64,000 nt of DNA from a virus (taxonomy: Duplodnaviria > Caudoviricetes): the IMG/VR virus record IMGVR_UViG_3300027805_000006, one strand, 5' to 3'. Both the position numbers and the translations under genes were made by a program. The notes below the pieces were generated by a model. The model worked only from the letters and a program-made list of their open reading frames with translations, was not told the DNA's origin and did no database searches. Shown piece after piece: positions 46,612 to 56,563 of this stretch. Position 1 is the first letter of the stretch. Every line of letters starts with the position of its first letter.

Positions 46612-47892
46612 TTAGCTAAATGCCACATTTTGTACTAGAACGCGAGCGTAGTAATCTGCGCTGTTGCCCAGTGATGTGCCTGTGCTTGTGAAAGTTGCCT
46701 TACCATAACGTGTCATCAGGCTGACTGCTGGCATGAAGGTGTTGGCATCAACAACTACGCCAGAAGACATTAGAGGAACGTATGGGCAGTAGAAGTAACC
46801 GCTGTCGAGTTCAGAGGCACCGCCCTTGAAGCCGATCAGGATGTCTTCGCCTGTTGCGCCGGCAGCATTTACTGCACCGCCGCTGATTGACCATGCGTCA
46901 TTTACACCCCAATTGTATGAGTAAACCTTCATCTGACCATTCATTGTGCCAACCATACGGTTGCCAACTGGTGCATCGAAGGAACCTGATACTGCTGGTG
47001 CAAATACTGACTTAGCGGCTGACTGGAGCATAGAAGTGATCAGGTGACCACCGACTAGCCAGTTGCCAGGACCACGACGGGTCTTAGCACCGATTTCGTT
47101 AGCCATCTTGTTGATCAGTACGCCGAGGTGGGCATAGCGATCGCCTAGATAGTTAGGTGCAAAACCTGGTGTGGCTGATGCAAAGTCGAACGTTGCCGTT
47201 GTGTTTGCCAGAGCCAGTAGGTCTGTCAGGATTTCATTGTCGATTTCGTGAGCGATTTGTGCTGATAGAGCAGCAGTTAGTTCGCTCTCGAGGTCCAGAC
47301 CGTGCTGTGCATTCAGGTCTTGAGCAGCTTCCATTGACCAGCGAGCTTGCAGCTTACGTGAGCCAGCTGTGATGGTCTGCTTCAGAACTGATAGACGCAT
47401 TGCCTTACCACCAAAGCCTTCGAAGTTGCCAGTCGTGGCGGCGAAGCCGTCAGATGTAGCAGCTGTTACAGCTGGTGGGTAGCCGGCGGTACCGACGTTT
47501 GCAGAAGAGTAGAAACGCTTCATCTTGCTGTTATTGCCGAAGGCTTCGTCGCCAGCAGCAATATCGTTTCCAGCAACTACTGAGGCGCCAGTGGCGTCAG
47601 CAGCTTCGCTGAAAGCAAAACGCAGTGAGTATACTAGTCCTACTGGACCAGACATTGGCTGAACGCCAACTAGGTCAGAGGAAATCGTACCTGGAAGGAT
47701 ACGACGGATCATTGGAATTACAATCTTCTGGAAGTTTGCAATATCACCAGCGCCTTGAGCGCCAGCTGGTGCTGTTTCCATTAGATGCTTTTTTTGGTTT
47801 TCTAGAAGAGTCTCGACGACCTGCTTCTTTGAACCCTGGAGGCCTTCAAGAAGAGCCTCTTTGGTCTCTTGCCAGTTTTCAAACAGTTGCAT
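46612..47892 (-). CDS. gp23: Major capsid protein (gp23-like)
   Basis: IPMIRR...VGVQPMSGPVGL, SRKLQARWSMEAAQDL, EIDNEI, YFYCPYVPL, MTRYG. Confidence 0.95.
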   Translation of the reverse strand: MQLFENWQETKEALLEGLQGSKKQVVETLLENQKKHLMETAPAGAQGAGDIANFQKIVIPMIRRILPGTISSDLVGVQPMSGPVGLVYSLRFAFSEAADATGASVVAGNDIAAGDEAFGNNSKMKRFYSSANVGTAGYPPAVTAATSDGFAATTGNFEGFGGKAMRLSVLKQTITAGSRKLQARWSMEAAQDLNAQHGLDLESELTAALSAQIAHEIDNEILTDLLALANTTATFDFASATPGFAPNYLGDRYAHLGVLINKMANEIGAKTRRGPGNWLVGGHLITSMLQSAAKSVFAPAVSGSFDAPVGNRMVGTMNGQMKVYSYNWGVNDAWSISGGAVNAAGATGEDILIGFKGGASELDSGYFYCPYVPLMSSGVVVDANTFMPAVSLMTRYGKATFTSTGTSLGNSADYYARVLVQNVAFS

Positions 47893-47921
47893 AGTGATCT
47901 CCTTTTGGGATGTTGGCAGAT

Positions 47922-48815
47922 TTACTTGATACCTGCGAGGCGCTTCAGGTGTGCAAGTCCTTCATTGACTGGCACAGCCTTTTGCTGGGTAGTTGCTACT
48001 GACTCTTCGCCAGTTACAACCTTCGTTTGTGTTTCAACAGCTTTTTCTTCAGTCAGTGCCTGTGCAACTTCTGCTGCCTGCTCACCTTCCTTTAGAATTC
48101 TGCCAATGAAAAATTTGTATGATTCTTCAAGACGAGCAGTGTCAACGTTCTTTAGGACCATTGCCATTTGCTCACGCTTCTTGCCAGTCAGAGAAGATAG
48201 AACCTGCTCCATCTTGGCTTCGCGAATCATCTTGTTGATTTCTTCTTCGCTATCAGCAAGACGCTTTTCAGCATCTGATAGCTTTTGTTCTGCTACGTTC
48301 AGTTTAGACTGAATTGCCTCTTCATCAACATAGCTTTGTGAGTACTCGTTGACGAAGGCTTCAAAAATGCGACGACCGAATTCATTCTGCTTGACGACTT
48401 CAAGATCTTCTTTGAGTTCGTCCATTTCAGAAGTCAGGCGCATTTCGAAGAAAGCGTCGATTTTGTCGACTAGAGAGTCTAGCTCTGTTGCAACTTCAGT
48501 TGCGAGCTTATGCTTCTCTTCAACTAGCTTTTCAGCGTATTCTGCCTCTAGATCACGGAAGCGCTCGATGTCTCCCTTGAGCTCAGAAATTTCCTTTGTT
48601 AGGGCTTCTGCAACGAAACCATCTACTTTAGAGATGAGTTCGTCTCTTTCAGAAATCCACTGTTCAGCTAGTTCATTACGAACTTCCATTGAAACGTCTT
48701 CACGGACTTTCGTCTTGAAGGCTTCAACAGATGCTGTCCATTGCTCAGAAATCTCTGTTTTGGTTTCTTCGCTGAGAAGCTCGGACTGTAGAAGCTTGTT
48801 CAGAATCTCATCCAT
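47922..48815 (-). CDS. gp22: Prohead core scaffold protein (gp22-like)
   Basis: Acidic coiled-coil, FGRRIFEAF motif, position upstream of the capsid gene. Confidence 0.85.
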   Translation of the reverse strand: MDEILNKLLQSELLSEETKTEISEQWTASVEAFKTKVREDVSMEVRNELAEQWISERDELISKVDGFVAEALTKEISELKGDIERFRDLEAEYAEKLVEEKHKLATEVATELDSLVDKIDAFFEMRLTSEMDELKEDLEVVKQNEFGRRIFEAFVNEYSQSYVDEEAIQSKLNVAEQKLSDAEKRLADSEEEINKMIREAKMEQVLSSLTGKKREQMAMVLKNVDTARLEESYKFFIGRILKEGEQAAEVAQALTEEKAVETQTKVVTGEESVATTQQKAVPVNEGLAHLKRLAGIK

Positions 48816-48896
48816 TGCGTTCTCCTTTTACGTTCACAGCTCGCGCTGTATCTTTTTAAAAAGGTTTCATATAATGAAAACCTTGGCGCGTGTTCC

Positions 48897-48904
48897 TATT
48901 TATA
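48897..48904 (-). promoter_or_regulatory. T4 late promoter TATAAATA for scaffold-capsid operon
   Basis: Exact consensus 81 nt upstream of the scaffold ATG. Confidence 0.8.
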
Positions 48905-48914
48905 CAGAAACGTT

Positions 48915-48946
48915 AAAAAATGCCGTAAAAACGGTGTTTTTACGGC
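48915..48946 (-). terminator. Terminator downstream of the 48962 gene
   Basis: GCCGTAAAAAC-acc-GTTTTTACGGC followed by ATTTTTT on the - strand. Confidence 0.7.
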
Positions 48947-48961
48947 TTTAAACTTAAAAAT

Positions 48962-49171
48962 TTATTCGTCTGAAGTTTCTTCTTCAGAGTCAAACTCAGG
49001 CATTTCTGCGCTATTCAAACGTTCTTCATTTTCTAAACTTGCTGCTTGTGCTAGACCAGCAACTTCTCGTGTCTTAGATACGAAATAATCGTGCATTGAA
49101 ACGGCAGCTTGTTCTTCCTTGCCGTTAATGATGTCCTGAAGCATTCCTTTTAGAAGTTCTCTGTTATCCAT
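48962..49171 (-). CDS. Small acidic prohead core protein (gp67/68-like), paralog A
   Basis: MLQDIINGKEEQAAVSMHDYFVSKTREVAG; located in the head module. Confidence 0.6.
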   Translation of the reverse strand: MDNRELLKGMLQDIINGKEEQAAVSMHDYFVSKTREVAGLAQAASLENEERLNSAEMPEFDSEEETSDE

Positions 49172-49220
49172 AATATTCCTTTATGCAGTTTGAGACAATT
49201 TATTTACAGAGCTGCGGAGG

Positions 49221-49652
49221 TCATTTTGCAATCTCCTCTAAGGATTTTGCTAGACTTGACATCGCATCCATATAGTCTTGTGAGGATGAAGAGAATTTTC
49301 CTTCTAACTCCTTCTTTAGTAGATCACAAACTTCGCCAGCAAATTGCTTCCATTCCTTGATTTTTCTGAACTCCTTATGCTTTTCATTTATTACCATTGC
49401 AACATTCAACGTGCCGTGAGTATTGTATGCATTGCCTTTATCACGAAGACCTTCACGCAGGGCGCTGATTGCCACCTTACAAAGTTCACGATCTATCACT
49501 ACCTTTGGAGCAATCGACCCGTACTTATCATCCAACCTACTCTTGGCAATCAAGAGAGCGTCTTTAACATCAAGAGAAAGGTCAAATGCTGAATCGGATT
49601 TACTAACAGTGAATCCGGCAAACCCTTCAACAATAATTTCAGAAAGCTTCAC
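49221..49652 (-). CDS. Putative internal head protein
   Basis: Leader MKLSEIIVEG; located in the head module. Confidence 0.65.
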   Translation of the reverse strand: MKLSEIIVEGFAGFTVSKSDSAFDLSLDVKDALLIAKSRLDDKYGSIAPKVVIDRELCKVAISALREGLRDKGNAYNTHGTLNVAMVINEKHKEFRKIKEWKQFAGEVCDLLKKELEGKFSSSSQDYMDAMSSLAKSLEEIAK

Positions 49653-49703
49653 GTAATTCTCTCTATTTTATAATTGCGCGTCTGTCAGACCTGCAGAAAT
49701 TAA

Positions 49704-50108
49704 TTACTTATCTCCAAGTTGATATGGCTTGTCACCAGCAGAAACTCCGCCAACTTTGCCTTTGATTACTTGCTTCTTCTTCCAACCTGCCTTTTCAAGG
49801 GCACGATGAGTAGCAGCCAAAGATGTACGATTTCCAACGGTAACTGTGTTATCGTCAGGATCTACTTCTGCACCATTAAGGTCTTCATAATCCATCGCAT
49901 CTTTTCCACCTGGGTGATGGTAAACGATCTTGTCATGGACAGTTGCTTCTGCTTCCGAAAGATCAAGTTCTTCGAATGCGGTCTGTGAAAGACCAGCAAC
50001 TTCACGGGTTTTTGAAACGAAGTAGTCGTGCATAGATACTGCAGCCTCTTCTTCCTTGCCATTGATAATGCTCTGTAGCATTTCCTTGAGTTTTTCTTGA
50101 TTGCTCAT
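49704..50108 (-). CDS. Prohead core protein paralog B with a C-terminal extension
   Basis: Start revised to MSNQEK; shares ~40 aa with 48962. Confidence 0.6.
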   Translation of the reverse strand: MSNQEKLKEMLQSIINGKEEEAAVSMHDYFVSKTREVAGLSQTAFEELDLSEAEATVHDKIVYHHPGGKDAMDYEDLNGAEVDPDDNTVTVGNRTSLAATHRALEKAGWKKKQVIKGKVGGVSAGDKPYQLGDK

Positions 50109-50178
50109 AATTGCCCTTTTTAATATGGTTGTATGCATTTAAATAAATTTAAACTGCACAGTGGTAATTTATCGTAGA

Positions 50179-50790
50179 TTATTTTGAGCCCTTGCGAATT
50201 GCTTCAAGAAGACATAAAATTTCCTTTTTCAAATAAGCTTGTGCATTCTTATCATGTACTACTGTTTCAGCAAGAGACATAATCTTCTTGCTTCCAAGTG
50301 CTTCCATAACTGCAGATGGGTAGGCATCAGGAGCAGATGGCTGTGACACGATGTCTACGGTAACGAATGAGAAGTCAGAAACTTCTCCACTCTCATTTAC
50401 GTTTCCAGTTCCGCGTGATGATACTCCTAGTCTTACTCCACCCTCAATTAGACCGCGTGCAATATTTCCGCAGGGGGTGTTAAGAAGTTTCATCTTGCCA
50501 ACAACGTTATTTCCATCCATTGTCATTTCAGAAATGACGTGTGATACTCTTCCAAGGTCAATTGACAGGGTGTCAGGGTGATTTAGTTCGCCGCAAATGC
50601 TAAAGCCTTCGCTGATTTTCTTCTGTGCAGACTCAACTACCTTTGACATTTCTGCGGAGCGGTACTTTCTTCCATTTCCATTTACACACTCTGCCTGCAT
50701 CAGAATACCCTTTAGGTATAGGTCTTGGCCCTTGCGCATTTCGCAGAGGCTAGCAGTAGATGGTGAAAGCTGTTCTGTTAAGATTTTCAT
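50179..50790 (-). CDS. gp21: Prohead protease (gp21-like)
   Basis: NGNGRKY, GELNHP, RVSHVI, GVSSRGTG, TVDIVSQPSAPDA. Confidence 0.92.
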   Translation of the reverse strand: MKILTEQLSPSTASLCEMRKGQDLYLKGILMQAECVNGNGRKYRSAEMSKVVESAQKKISEGFSICGELNHPDTLSIDLGRVSHVISEMTMDGNNVVGKMKLLNTPCGNIARGLIEGGVRLGVSSRGTGNVNESGEVSDFSFVTVDIVSQPSAPDAYPSAVMEALGSKKIMSLAETVVHDKNAQAYLKKEILCLLEAIRKGSK

Positions 50791-50864
50791 TTTTTCCCCT
50801 TAAGCATGGGTAAAAGTGTAATTACGTTTATTTATCTGATATAAGCACATTTGCTTATATATTT

Positions 50865-51695
50865 TCATGCGCAGCATGTGCTTATAACCTTTGATATCCA
50901 AGCATTCACTGTACTTTCAGGAATGCCCGTTTGCTTCGAAATATCTACTCTGAGTATTCCAACTTTTGCAAGCGATATAACGTGAAGTTGAGTCTCTCTA
51001 GAGTGTCTTTTCATAAAGATGAATCCCGGTATCTTTGCAGCATCAATTGACTGCAGTAACGAAGAATGTTCAATGTTTTTTCTGTACGATGGATTTTTTA
51101 TACCAGATATGGATGAAGACTGTTTTTTACGATACTCAGAGTTGTTTTTGTTTTTTCCACGGTGAAGAATGCTTATTTTTTTAGCCATTCTGGCAAGAGC
51201 ATCTGAAGTTTGCTTTGTGCGCCCTCTCAGTTTATCTGATATTTGCGCGATATAGGCATGTGTATGTTTTGTTCTACCACTCAGTGCCGCAGACATTCTC
51301 TTCAACCCCAAATCAGTATCTTTAGTTTTGCCTCTACGTTTTTCTGCAGTTTTTGCTACAGCAGTCTTTAGTTTTTCTTTATCTCTTTGCCAGCGCTTGC
51401 ACAACGGAACAGTATCCAAATATCCTCCTCGGCCACCAAGCACTAAATTGAGACACTTTGGGTCAAGAAGCGTTTCGTAATTTACAAGTTTGCTTTCAAG
51501 AAGATATGCCTCATGCTTAGTTAGATGCTGCGCAAGAACTTGTTTTTTAGGCACGGCCGTCCTAAGCGCGCGCTTTAACGCCTTTCCTGATCCCCAATAA
51601 ACATCGGTGCGTATAGTTTTGTTTCCCGGCAACTTTCTAACACCGATGTAGTACTCACCGGTGTCAAAAGTTGTTTTATACGCATAATGCGTCAT
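50865..51695 (-). mobile_element. Free-standing GIY-YIG-like homing endonuclease between portal and protease
   Basis: Start revised to MTHYAYK; YAY...YYIGVR...YWGSG; NUMOD3-like repeats; C-terminal HTH-like segment. Confidence 0.75.
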
Positions 51696-51696
51696 T

Positions 51697-53361
51697 TTAT
51701 GCTGCTGGAGGTGTAGTTTCTGCTGCTGGCGCTTCAGCCGGCGCTTCTGCCGGCGCTTCAGCAGGCGCCTCTCCGCCAAAGAAGCCACCACCTAATTCGC
51801 CACCTGCTCCAAGTTCGGCGCCTGGCATACCAGCACCTGCTTCAGGGGTTACTGCTTCTCTATTCTCATAAACGGCGGGGTCATAAATTTGCTGCATAGA
51901 TGGGATATTAGTATTCTCAGTAATCCCACGCTCTTCCTTAACCATCACCTCGTTCATCTGGATCTCATCATCGGTCAGACCTAGGTATCTCTTCAGAACG
52001 AAGCGCTTTGAGAGTGTCTTTTCAGCAGAGATATTGTTGAACGAACTAATGAGATCTGCATCAAGAGCCGCTTGGCGATAAAGGGCAAAGTTTGCTGGTT
52101 CTGGGAGTTTAAGGCTGAACAGTTCGTCATCAATCTTTAGACCACACACCTTTAAGTAAATCTTAAACTCATTGTCAAGAATATCTTCAAGACGATCTTG
52201 AAGGCGCTTGACGAAGTTAGCAAAACGCAGTTCCTCAATATAAGCGATACCCACTTTTCCATCATTGTATTGAGACCCACCAGCATCAGAGCCAGAAAGG
52301 TACGATGATGGTACTCTGAGCCCTCGGAACAATTTATCTCTAAAGTACTTTAGTAGATTTGTACCGAAGTCCTCAGTTCCACCTGCTAGAGTTTCTACCT
52401 TCGATCCTCGACCAGTTGCAGTGACTGGGAAGAAGTAGTCTTCTTGAAGGCTTGTTGGGTCATATTGTCCGTCAATGATGTCCTTCTGACCGCTGCTTGT
52501 TTGACCAGGAACTCTCTTTTGGCGAATTTCATTCTTTACCTGCTCGAGGTACTGCTTTACCCGCTGTGCTGGCATATTGCCGACGTCGACGTAGAACACA
52601 CGCCGCTCTGGAGCACGTACGATTCTATAAATGACAACTGCATCTTCAATCATTGACAGTTGTCTGAATATTCTAAAGATTGGGCGAAGAACTGACTGAC
52701 CAAATGGTGCGCTGTCTCCCATCTCATCTGACATTGAGAAGTGAATCATCGCCGCTGCAGGAATAACATCCATCTCCTCATTTCTCACGCCATAGTTAGA
52801 TGTGCTGCCTGATGGCTTTCCTGGTTGCTTAAGATGGTAGTTGATTTTATTTCCCTGTTGGTCAATTTCAATACCATGCACTAAAGATGGATCAACCCAC
52901 ACCCAGCGCTTCGTATCAGATGTCTTTCTGAAGAAGCAGTCACCATATTTGATGAGATCACGGCAAATCTTGAACATTCGACGGTTGAGTTCCTGCATCT
53001 GCGACCATTGTCTAACAGCCTGACGAAGGGTAACTGCTGTTGTATCTGAAACGTCTTGATTTTCTTCTTTGTTATATTCAATAATAAATGGAAGCTTTGT
53101 CTTGCTATCTTTATTGCTCATCTCTTCTGCAATAACGTCAAGTGCTCTGGAAATATCAATGTCTGCGTCCATTGAGTCATATTGTTTGTAATTTGCCATT
53201 CTTGACCCTGGGCCTCTCAGAATTTGAGAGTACCACGTGATTGCCGCCATTGACGTTAGGTCAGTTGTCCTTGGGTCATAGGCATCTGTAGAAATGGTAG
53301 TATAAAGTTGCTTTCTTGACGCTGGAGTTATAATTTTCCAATATGATGAAAATTGTGCCAT
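51697..53361 (-). CDS. gp20: Portal protein (gp20-like)
   Basis: IEDAVVIYRIVRAPERRVFYVDVGNMP, EDYFFP, KLFRGLRVPSSYL, EELRFANF. Confidence 0.95.
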   Translation of the reverse strand: MAQFSSYWKIITPASRKQLYTTISTDAYDPRTTDLTSMAAITWYSQILRGPGSRMANYKQYDSMDADIDISRALDVIAEEMSNKDSKTKLPFIIEYNKEENQDVSDTTAVTLRQAVRQWSQMQELNRRMFKICRDLIKYGDCFFRKTSDTKRWVWVDPSLVHGIEIDQQGNKINYHLKQPGKPSGSTSNYGVRNEEMDVIPAAAMIHFSMSDEMGDSAPFGQSVLRPIFRIFRQLSMIEDAVVIYRIVRAPERRVFYVDVGNMPAQRVKQYLEQVKNEIRQKRVPGQTSSGQKDIIDGQYDPTSLQEDYFFPVTATGRGSKVETLAGGTEDFGTNLLKYFRDKLFRGLRVPSSYLSGSDAGGSQYNDGKVGIAYIEELRFANFVKRLQDRLEDILDNEFKIYLKVCGLKIDDELFSLKLPEPANFALYRQAALDADLISSFNNISAEKTLSKRFVLKRYLGLTDDEIQMNEVMVKEERGITENTNIPSMQQIYDPAVYENREAVTPEAGAGMPGAELGAGGELGGGFFGGEAPAEAPAEAPAEAPAAETTPPAA

Positions 53362-53373
53362 TTATTTTTCCTA

Positions 53374-56300
53374 TTACGCTGTGCCTGTTGTAATAAAGCC
53401 CCAAAGTTTTTCAGCAGAAGTCATCTCTGGTCGATTTAGCGATTTGAGCATGTTCTCTGTTGGGTCACCTTGAGAAGTTAAGAATGCAAGTGTCTGCTTC
53501 AAAACTTCAAGTTGCTGCTGCGCTACAGTCAAAAGTTCTGCTTGACTTAGCCCCTCTTTAGTTGCTGCTACCGCTGTTCCTTCTGCTGGAGTTGTTTCTG
53601 TTGTTGCTGGAGTTTCATTTTTATTTAGACCTGGCTCAACCACAGTTGGCTGTTTAGCAGGTTGAGGTGTTGCTACTTGTGGTGGTTGCTGCTGTGCTGG
53701 GGCTGCCTGAACTGCTTCTTTCTTTACTGGCTCTGCCTGCACGGTCTGTTTTGCAGGTTCTGCTTGAATATTCTCCTTCTTTGCAGGTTCTGCCTTTACA
53801 GGTTCTTCCTTCTTCTTTTCTTCCTTCTTTTTCTTTTCTTCTTCCTTTCTAGCCGCTTCAGCATTAACGTTTCTAACTGATTGAACGGTGCGAGAAGCAG
53901 ATGCAGCGAGGTCATCGAGAGTTGTCACTCTATCGTTAACTAGAACTTCTGTCTTCTTCTTTGATTTCTCTAACGCCTTTTGGTTTTCCTCACCGATGGA
54001 GCGCAGGGTTGCTCCTTCTTTTTTCCATAAGTCTTCACGCAGTTTTGCACCTTCTGCGATGCCTTGGTCAAGTTCATCTGCCTGTGCTCGCAGACCCTTT
54101 ACCCACTTGTTATCCTTGCCCACGAATGGAAGAGACTCAATAATTAACGCGAGGCCCTTCAGAATCCCGGCGCCTAGCATCTTCCAAAAGTCCACGAATG
54201 CAGAGGTACCGTAATCAATAATTTTTGTGGTGTTGACCTTGAAACTAATACCAAGTGCTTCAAATACTGAGTTTACGCCCCAGTCAAAAATCCTTGTAAA
54301 TCCAGTAAACAAACCATTTAACCCCGCAATTAACATTCCCCCTAATTTTCCAAACAATCCTTCGCCAAAGCCAAGTGCAGCGCCCATTTCACCAGTGAAT
54401 AATTCCTCAATAGCACTTATGATTCCACCAAGAAGAGCACTTCCTTTAAAGAAACCACTAATTGATGAAAATATTCCCTTGACTGCAGCAACTGCACCGT
54501 TAAACATACCAGATACTGAACCTACCGCCTTTGCCGCCAAACCAGAAATTGATGAAAATATTCCCTTGACTGCAGCAATTGCACCGTTAAACATACCAGA
54601 TACTGAACCTACCGCCTTTGCCGCCAAACCAGAAATTGATGAAAATGCGCTGGAAAACATACCAGTGACTGATGAAAAAATTCCCTTAAAAATTCCTGTT
54701 ATAGGGGTAAGTACTTTTCCAGCAGTTGTTGCAATTGTTGAAAATACACCTGAAACTTTTGAACCAAAATCTTTTAAGAATTTCATTGCACCAGTAGCAG
54801 CGCCAATTCCTTTGCCCTGTATGGCTGCAAGTATTTTGGCATACCACATTGACTGTATTGCAGTTTGTGCCACAAGGCCTGTCACCTCAATTGCAGCCTC
54901 TCCTAAAGGGTTCTTTGCAAAGCCGGAAAATACTGTCATTCCCTTTCCAATTGTCTGCAGAATTCCACCAGTCTCCTTTCCAATCTCTTCATTTTGTACT
55001 GGCCCTGCATCTGTCTGAAGTTTTGCTTTAGCTGCTGCCTTTTGTGCTTCTCCATACGGAGTTCCAGCAAGTTTTTCACTTAACTGTTCACCGATAAATT
55101 CTGCCTGAATATTTCCAGTATTTTGCATTGCCTGCAGACGAGATTCCATCTGACCAGATAATTCAACGAATCTCTTTTCTTCTTCTGGGGTTTTCCTTTT
55201 CTTTTGTGATAGCCTTGCTAGTTCTTCGGTTTCGCCAGCAGACATGCCAGTAATTGCGCCAGCCTGACGTATTAGTCCTGCTGCCTGCATTCGTTGCTGG
55301 GCAGTTGCCTTGCGCTGGGCAAGCAGCGCATTAGTAAGCCCTGCCGATGCCTCTTTGGTCAAGCCCATCTGCTGACCTAAAGTAGCAGTATCCATCAATT
55401 GCGCCATCCGGGCCTGGCGTTCAGCAGGTGCAAGTCCTATTAAATCCTCCTGTACGTTTTCATTACTAGCAATGTCCTTCATCAATTCTTGGAAGGCAGT
55501 TGAAGTCATCATCGTAGTTTTACGAAGCTTCTCAAACTGCTTTACCTGCGCATTAGTAGCATCTGCCTGCTTTTCCATTGGAATGCCAAGCATTACAGAA
55601 TTAGTCTGCATTGATGCTGCTAACCTTTCTGCTGCTGGGCCAAATGTGCCTAGTCGTGCAAGGTCATGTGTTGTCTTATCAACTCTATCGCCGAAGTCAT
55701 CAAAACTTCTTGCTCTTACAACCGCTGCCTGGTTGTCCTCCATCATCTCTGTGTATTCCTGCAGACTCATACCTGCAGTAATTGCATCACCATAAAGACC
55801 GGCTAGACTACTTGCTGCGCTAACACCGCGGGCCTGAAGATAAAAAATATCTTTGCCTAAACCAACAAATGCATCACCTAATATTCTAAGCGCATTTCTT
55901 AGCTCTATTTTGAATTTTTCAGTCTCTTCTCCCGCTTCTTCAACTTTGCCAGAAAAGTCATCTACATCTCTGCCTGCCGACTCAAGTTCTCCAGCAAAGT
56001 CATCGACATCACGTGCAGAACTGCGAATAGTTGCTGTAGATTCGGCAACGGCTTCTCCGAGGTCACCAGCAAAGTCATCTATATCCCTAACAGTTGCCTT
56101 TACGGTTTCTACAGACCCAGCAAAGTCGTCTACTGAGCGTACAAGGGCATCACTACCTTCAGCCGGCCCCTTAACCTCTGCAACACTGTCAATCTTTGAA
56201 ACTGCGCCCGTAAAGGAAGAGCCAAGGGCTCTAATTCCCTTTCTCATTCCAAGAAGGTCGCCTCTTACACCCCTAAAAGATTTGCCTAATTTTTCTGCTT

Positions 56301-56499
56301 CAAATGTCAGATCTTTTAACCCACGGGTGGCAACAATAATCGTCTTATCAAGAGATTCTGAATCTTGACTTTGCTTACCTCCCTTGCCACCAGGCAGCCT
56401 TCTTTGCTCAGACGGAGCAGCGCCCTTGTTAGCAAGTAGCGACTGCTCAAGCAGTTTCTCTATTCGTTGCAGGGTTTTTAATGCTTGGGTTTCATCCAT
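53374..56499 (-). CDS. Tape measure protein (putative)
   Basis: 1041 aa, helical Ala/Gly-rich, 29-aa internal repeat, divergent from baseplate hub genes. Confidence 0.65.
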   Translation of the reverse strand: MDETQALKTLQRIEKLLEQSLLANKGAAPSEQRRLPGGKGGKQSQDSESLDKTIIVATRGLKDLTFEAEKLGKSFRGVRGDLLGMRKGIRALGSSFTGAVSKIDSVAEVKGPAEGSDALVRSVDDFAGSVETVKATVRDIDDFAGDLGEAVAESTATIRSSARDVDDFAGELESAGRDVDDFSGKVEEAGEETEKFKIELRNALRILGDAFVGLGKDIFYLQARGVSAASSLAGLYGDAITAGMSLQEYTEMMEDNQAAVVRARSFDDFGDRVDKTTHDLARLGTFGPAAERLAASMQTNSVMLGIPMEKQADATNAQVKQFEKLRKTTMMTSTAFQELMKDIASNENVQEDLIGLAPAERQARMAQLMDTATLGQQMGLTKEASAGLTNALLAQRKATAQQRMQAAGLIRQAGAITGMSAGETEELARLSQKKRKTPEEEKRFVELSGQMESRLQAMQNTGNIQAEFIGEQLSEKLAGTPYGEAQKAAAKAKLQTDAGPVQNEEIGKETGGILQTIGKGMTVFSGFAKNPLGEAAIEVTGLVAQTAIQSMWYAKILAAIQGKGIGAATGAMKFLKDFGSKVSGVFSTIATTAGKVLTPITGIFKGIFSSVTGMFSSAFSSISGLAAKAVGSVSGMFNGAIAAVKGIFSSISGLAAKAVGSVSGMFNGAVAAVKGIFSSISGFFKGSALLGGIISAIEELFTGEMGAALGFGEGLFGKLGGMLIAGLNGLFTGFTRIFDWGVNSVFEALGISFKVNTTKIIDYGTSAFVDFWKMLGAGILKGLALIIESLPFVGKDNKWVKGLRAQADELDQGIAEGAKLREDLWKKEGATLRSIGEENQKALEKSKKKTEVLVNDRVTTLDDLAASASRTVQSVRNVNAEAARKEEEKKKKEEKKKEEPVKAEPAKKENIQAEPAKQTVQAEPVKKEAVQAAPAQQQPPQVATPQPAKQPTVVEPGLNKNETPATTETTPAEGTAVAATKEGLSQAELLTVAQQQLEVLKQTLAFLTSQGDPTENMLKSLNRPEMTSAEKLWGFITTGTA
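54461..54646. repeat. 87-bp tandem duplication within the tape measure gene
   Basis: Units 54461-54547 and 54548-54634 differ at one base; partial third unit. Confidence 0.9.
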
Positions 56500-56530
56500 T
56501 GTTTAGCCTGGAAGTGACGCTCTTTCGAGC

Positions 56531-56554
56531 GTAAATATATCATAGCATATTTAT
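56531..56554. promoter_or_regulatory. Pair of late promoter variants for divergent genes
   Basis: GTAAATA (+, 56531-56537) and ATAAATA (-, 56548-56554) between divergent genes. Confidence 0.55.
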
Positions 56555-56563
56555 CATACGGGG

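Noticed and set aside
51696-51791. Arg/Gln-rich N-terminus of ORF 50865..51791
   Set aside because: It is an alternative frame of the portal's EAPA repeat tail; the real start is MTHYAY at 51695
18002-53361. Introns or inteins in terL, capsid, portal or sheath genes
   Set aside because: ORFs are continuous and of expected size with no intein motifs seen; all endonucleases are intergenic
54227-55018. 263-aa + strand ORF and other long antisense ORFs (e.g. 48349, 56 kb, fibre region)
   Set aside because: These are shadows of biased-codon - strand genes, with no RBS and no recognisable motifs
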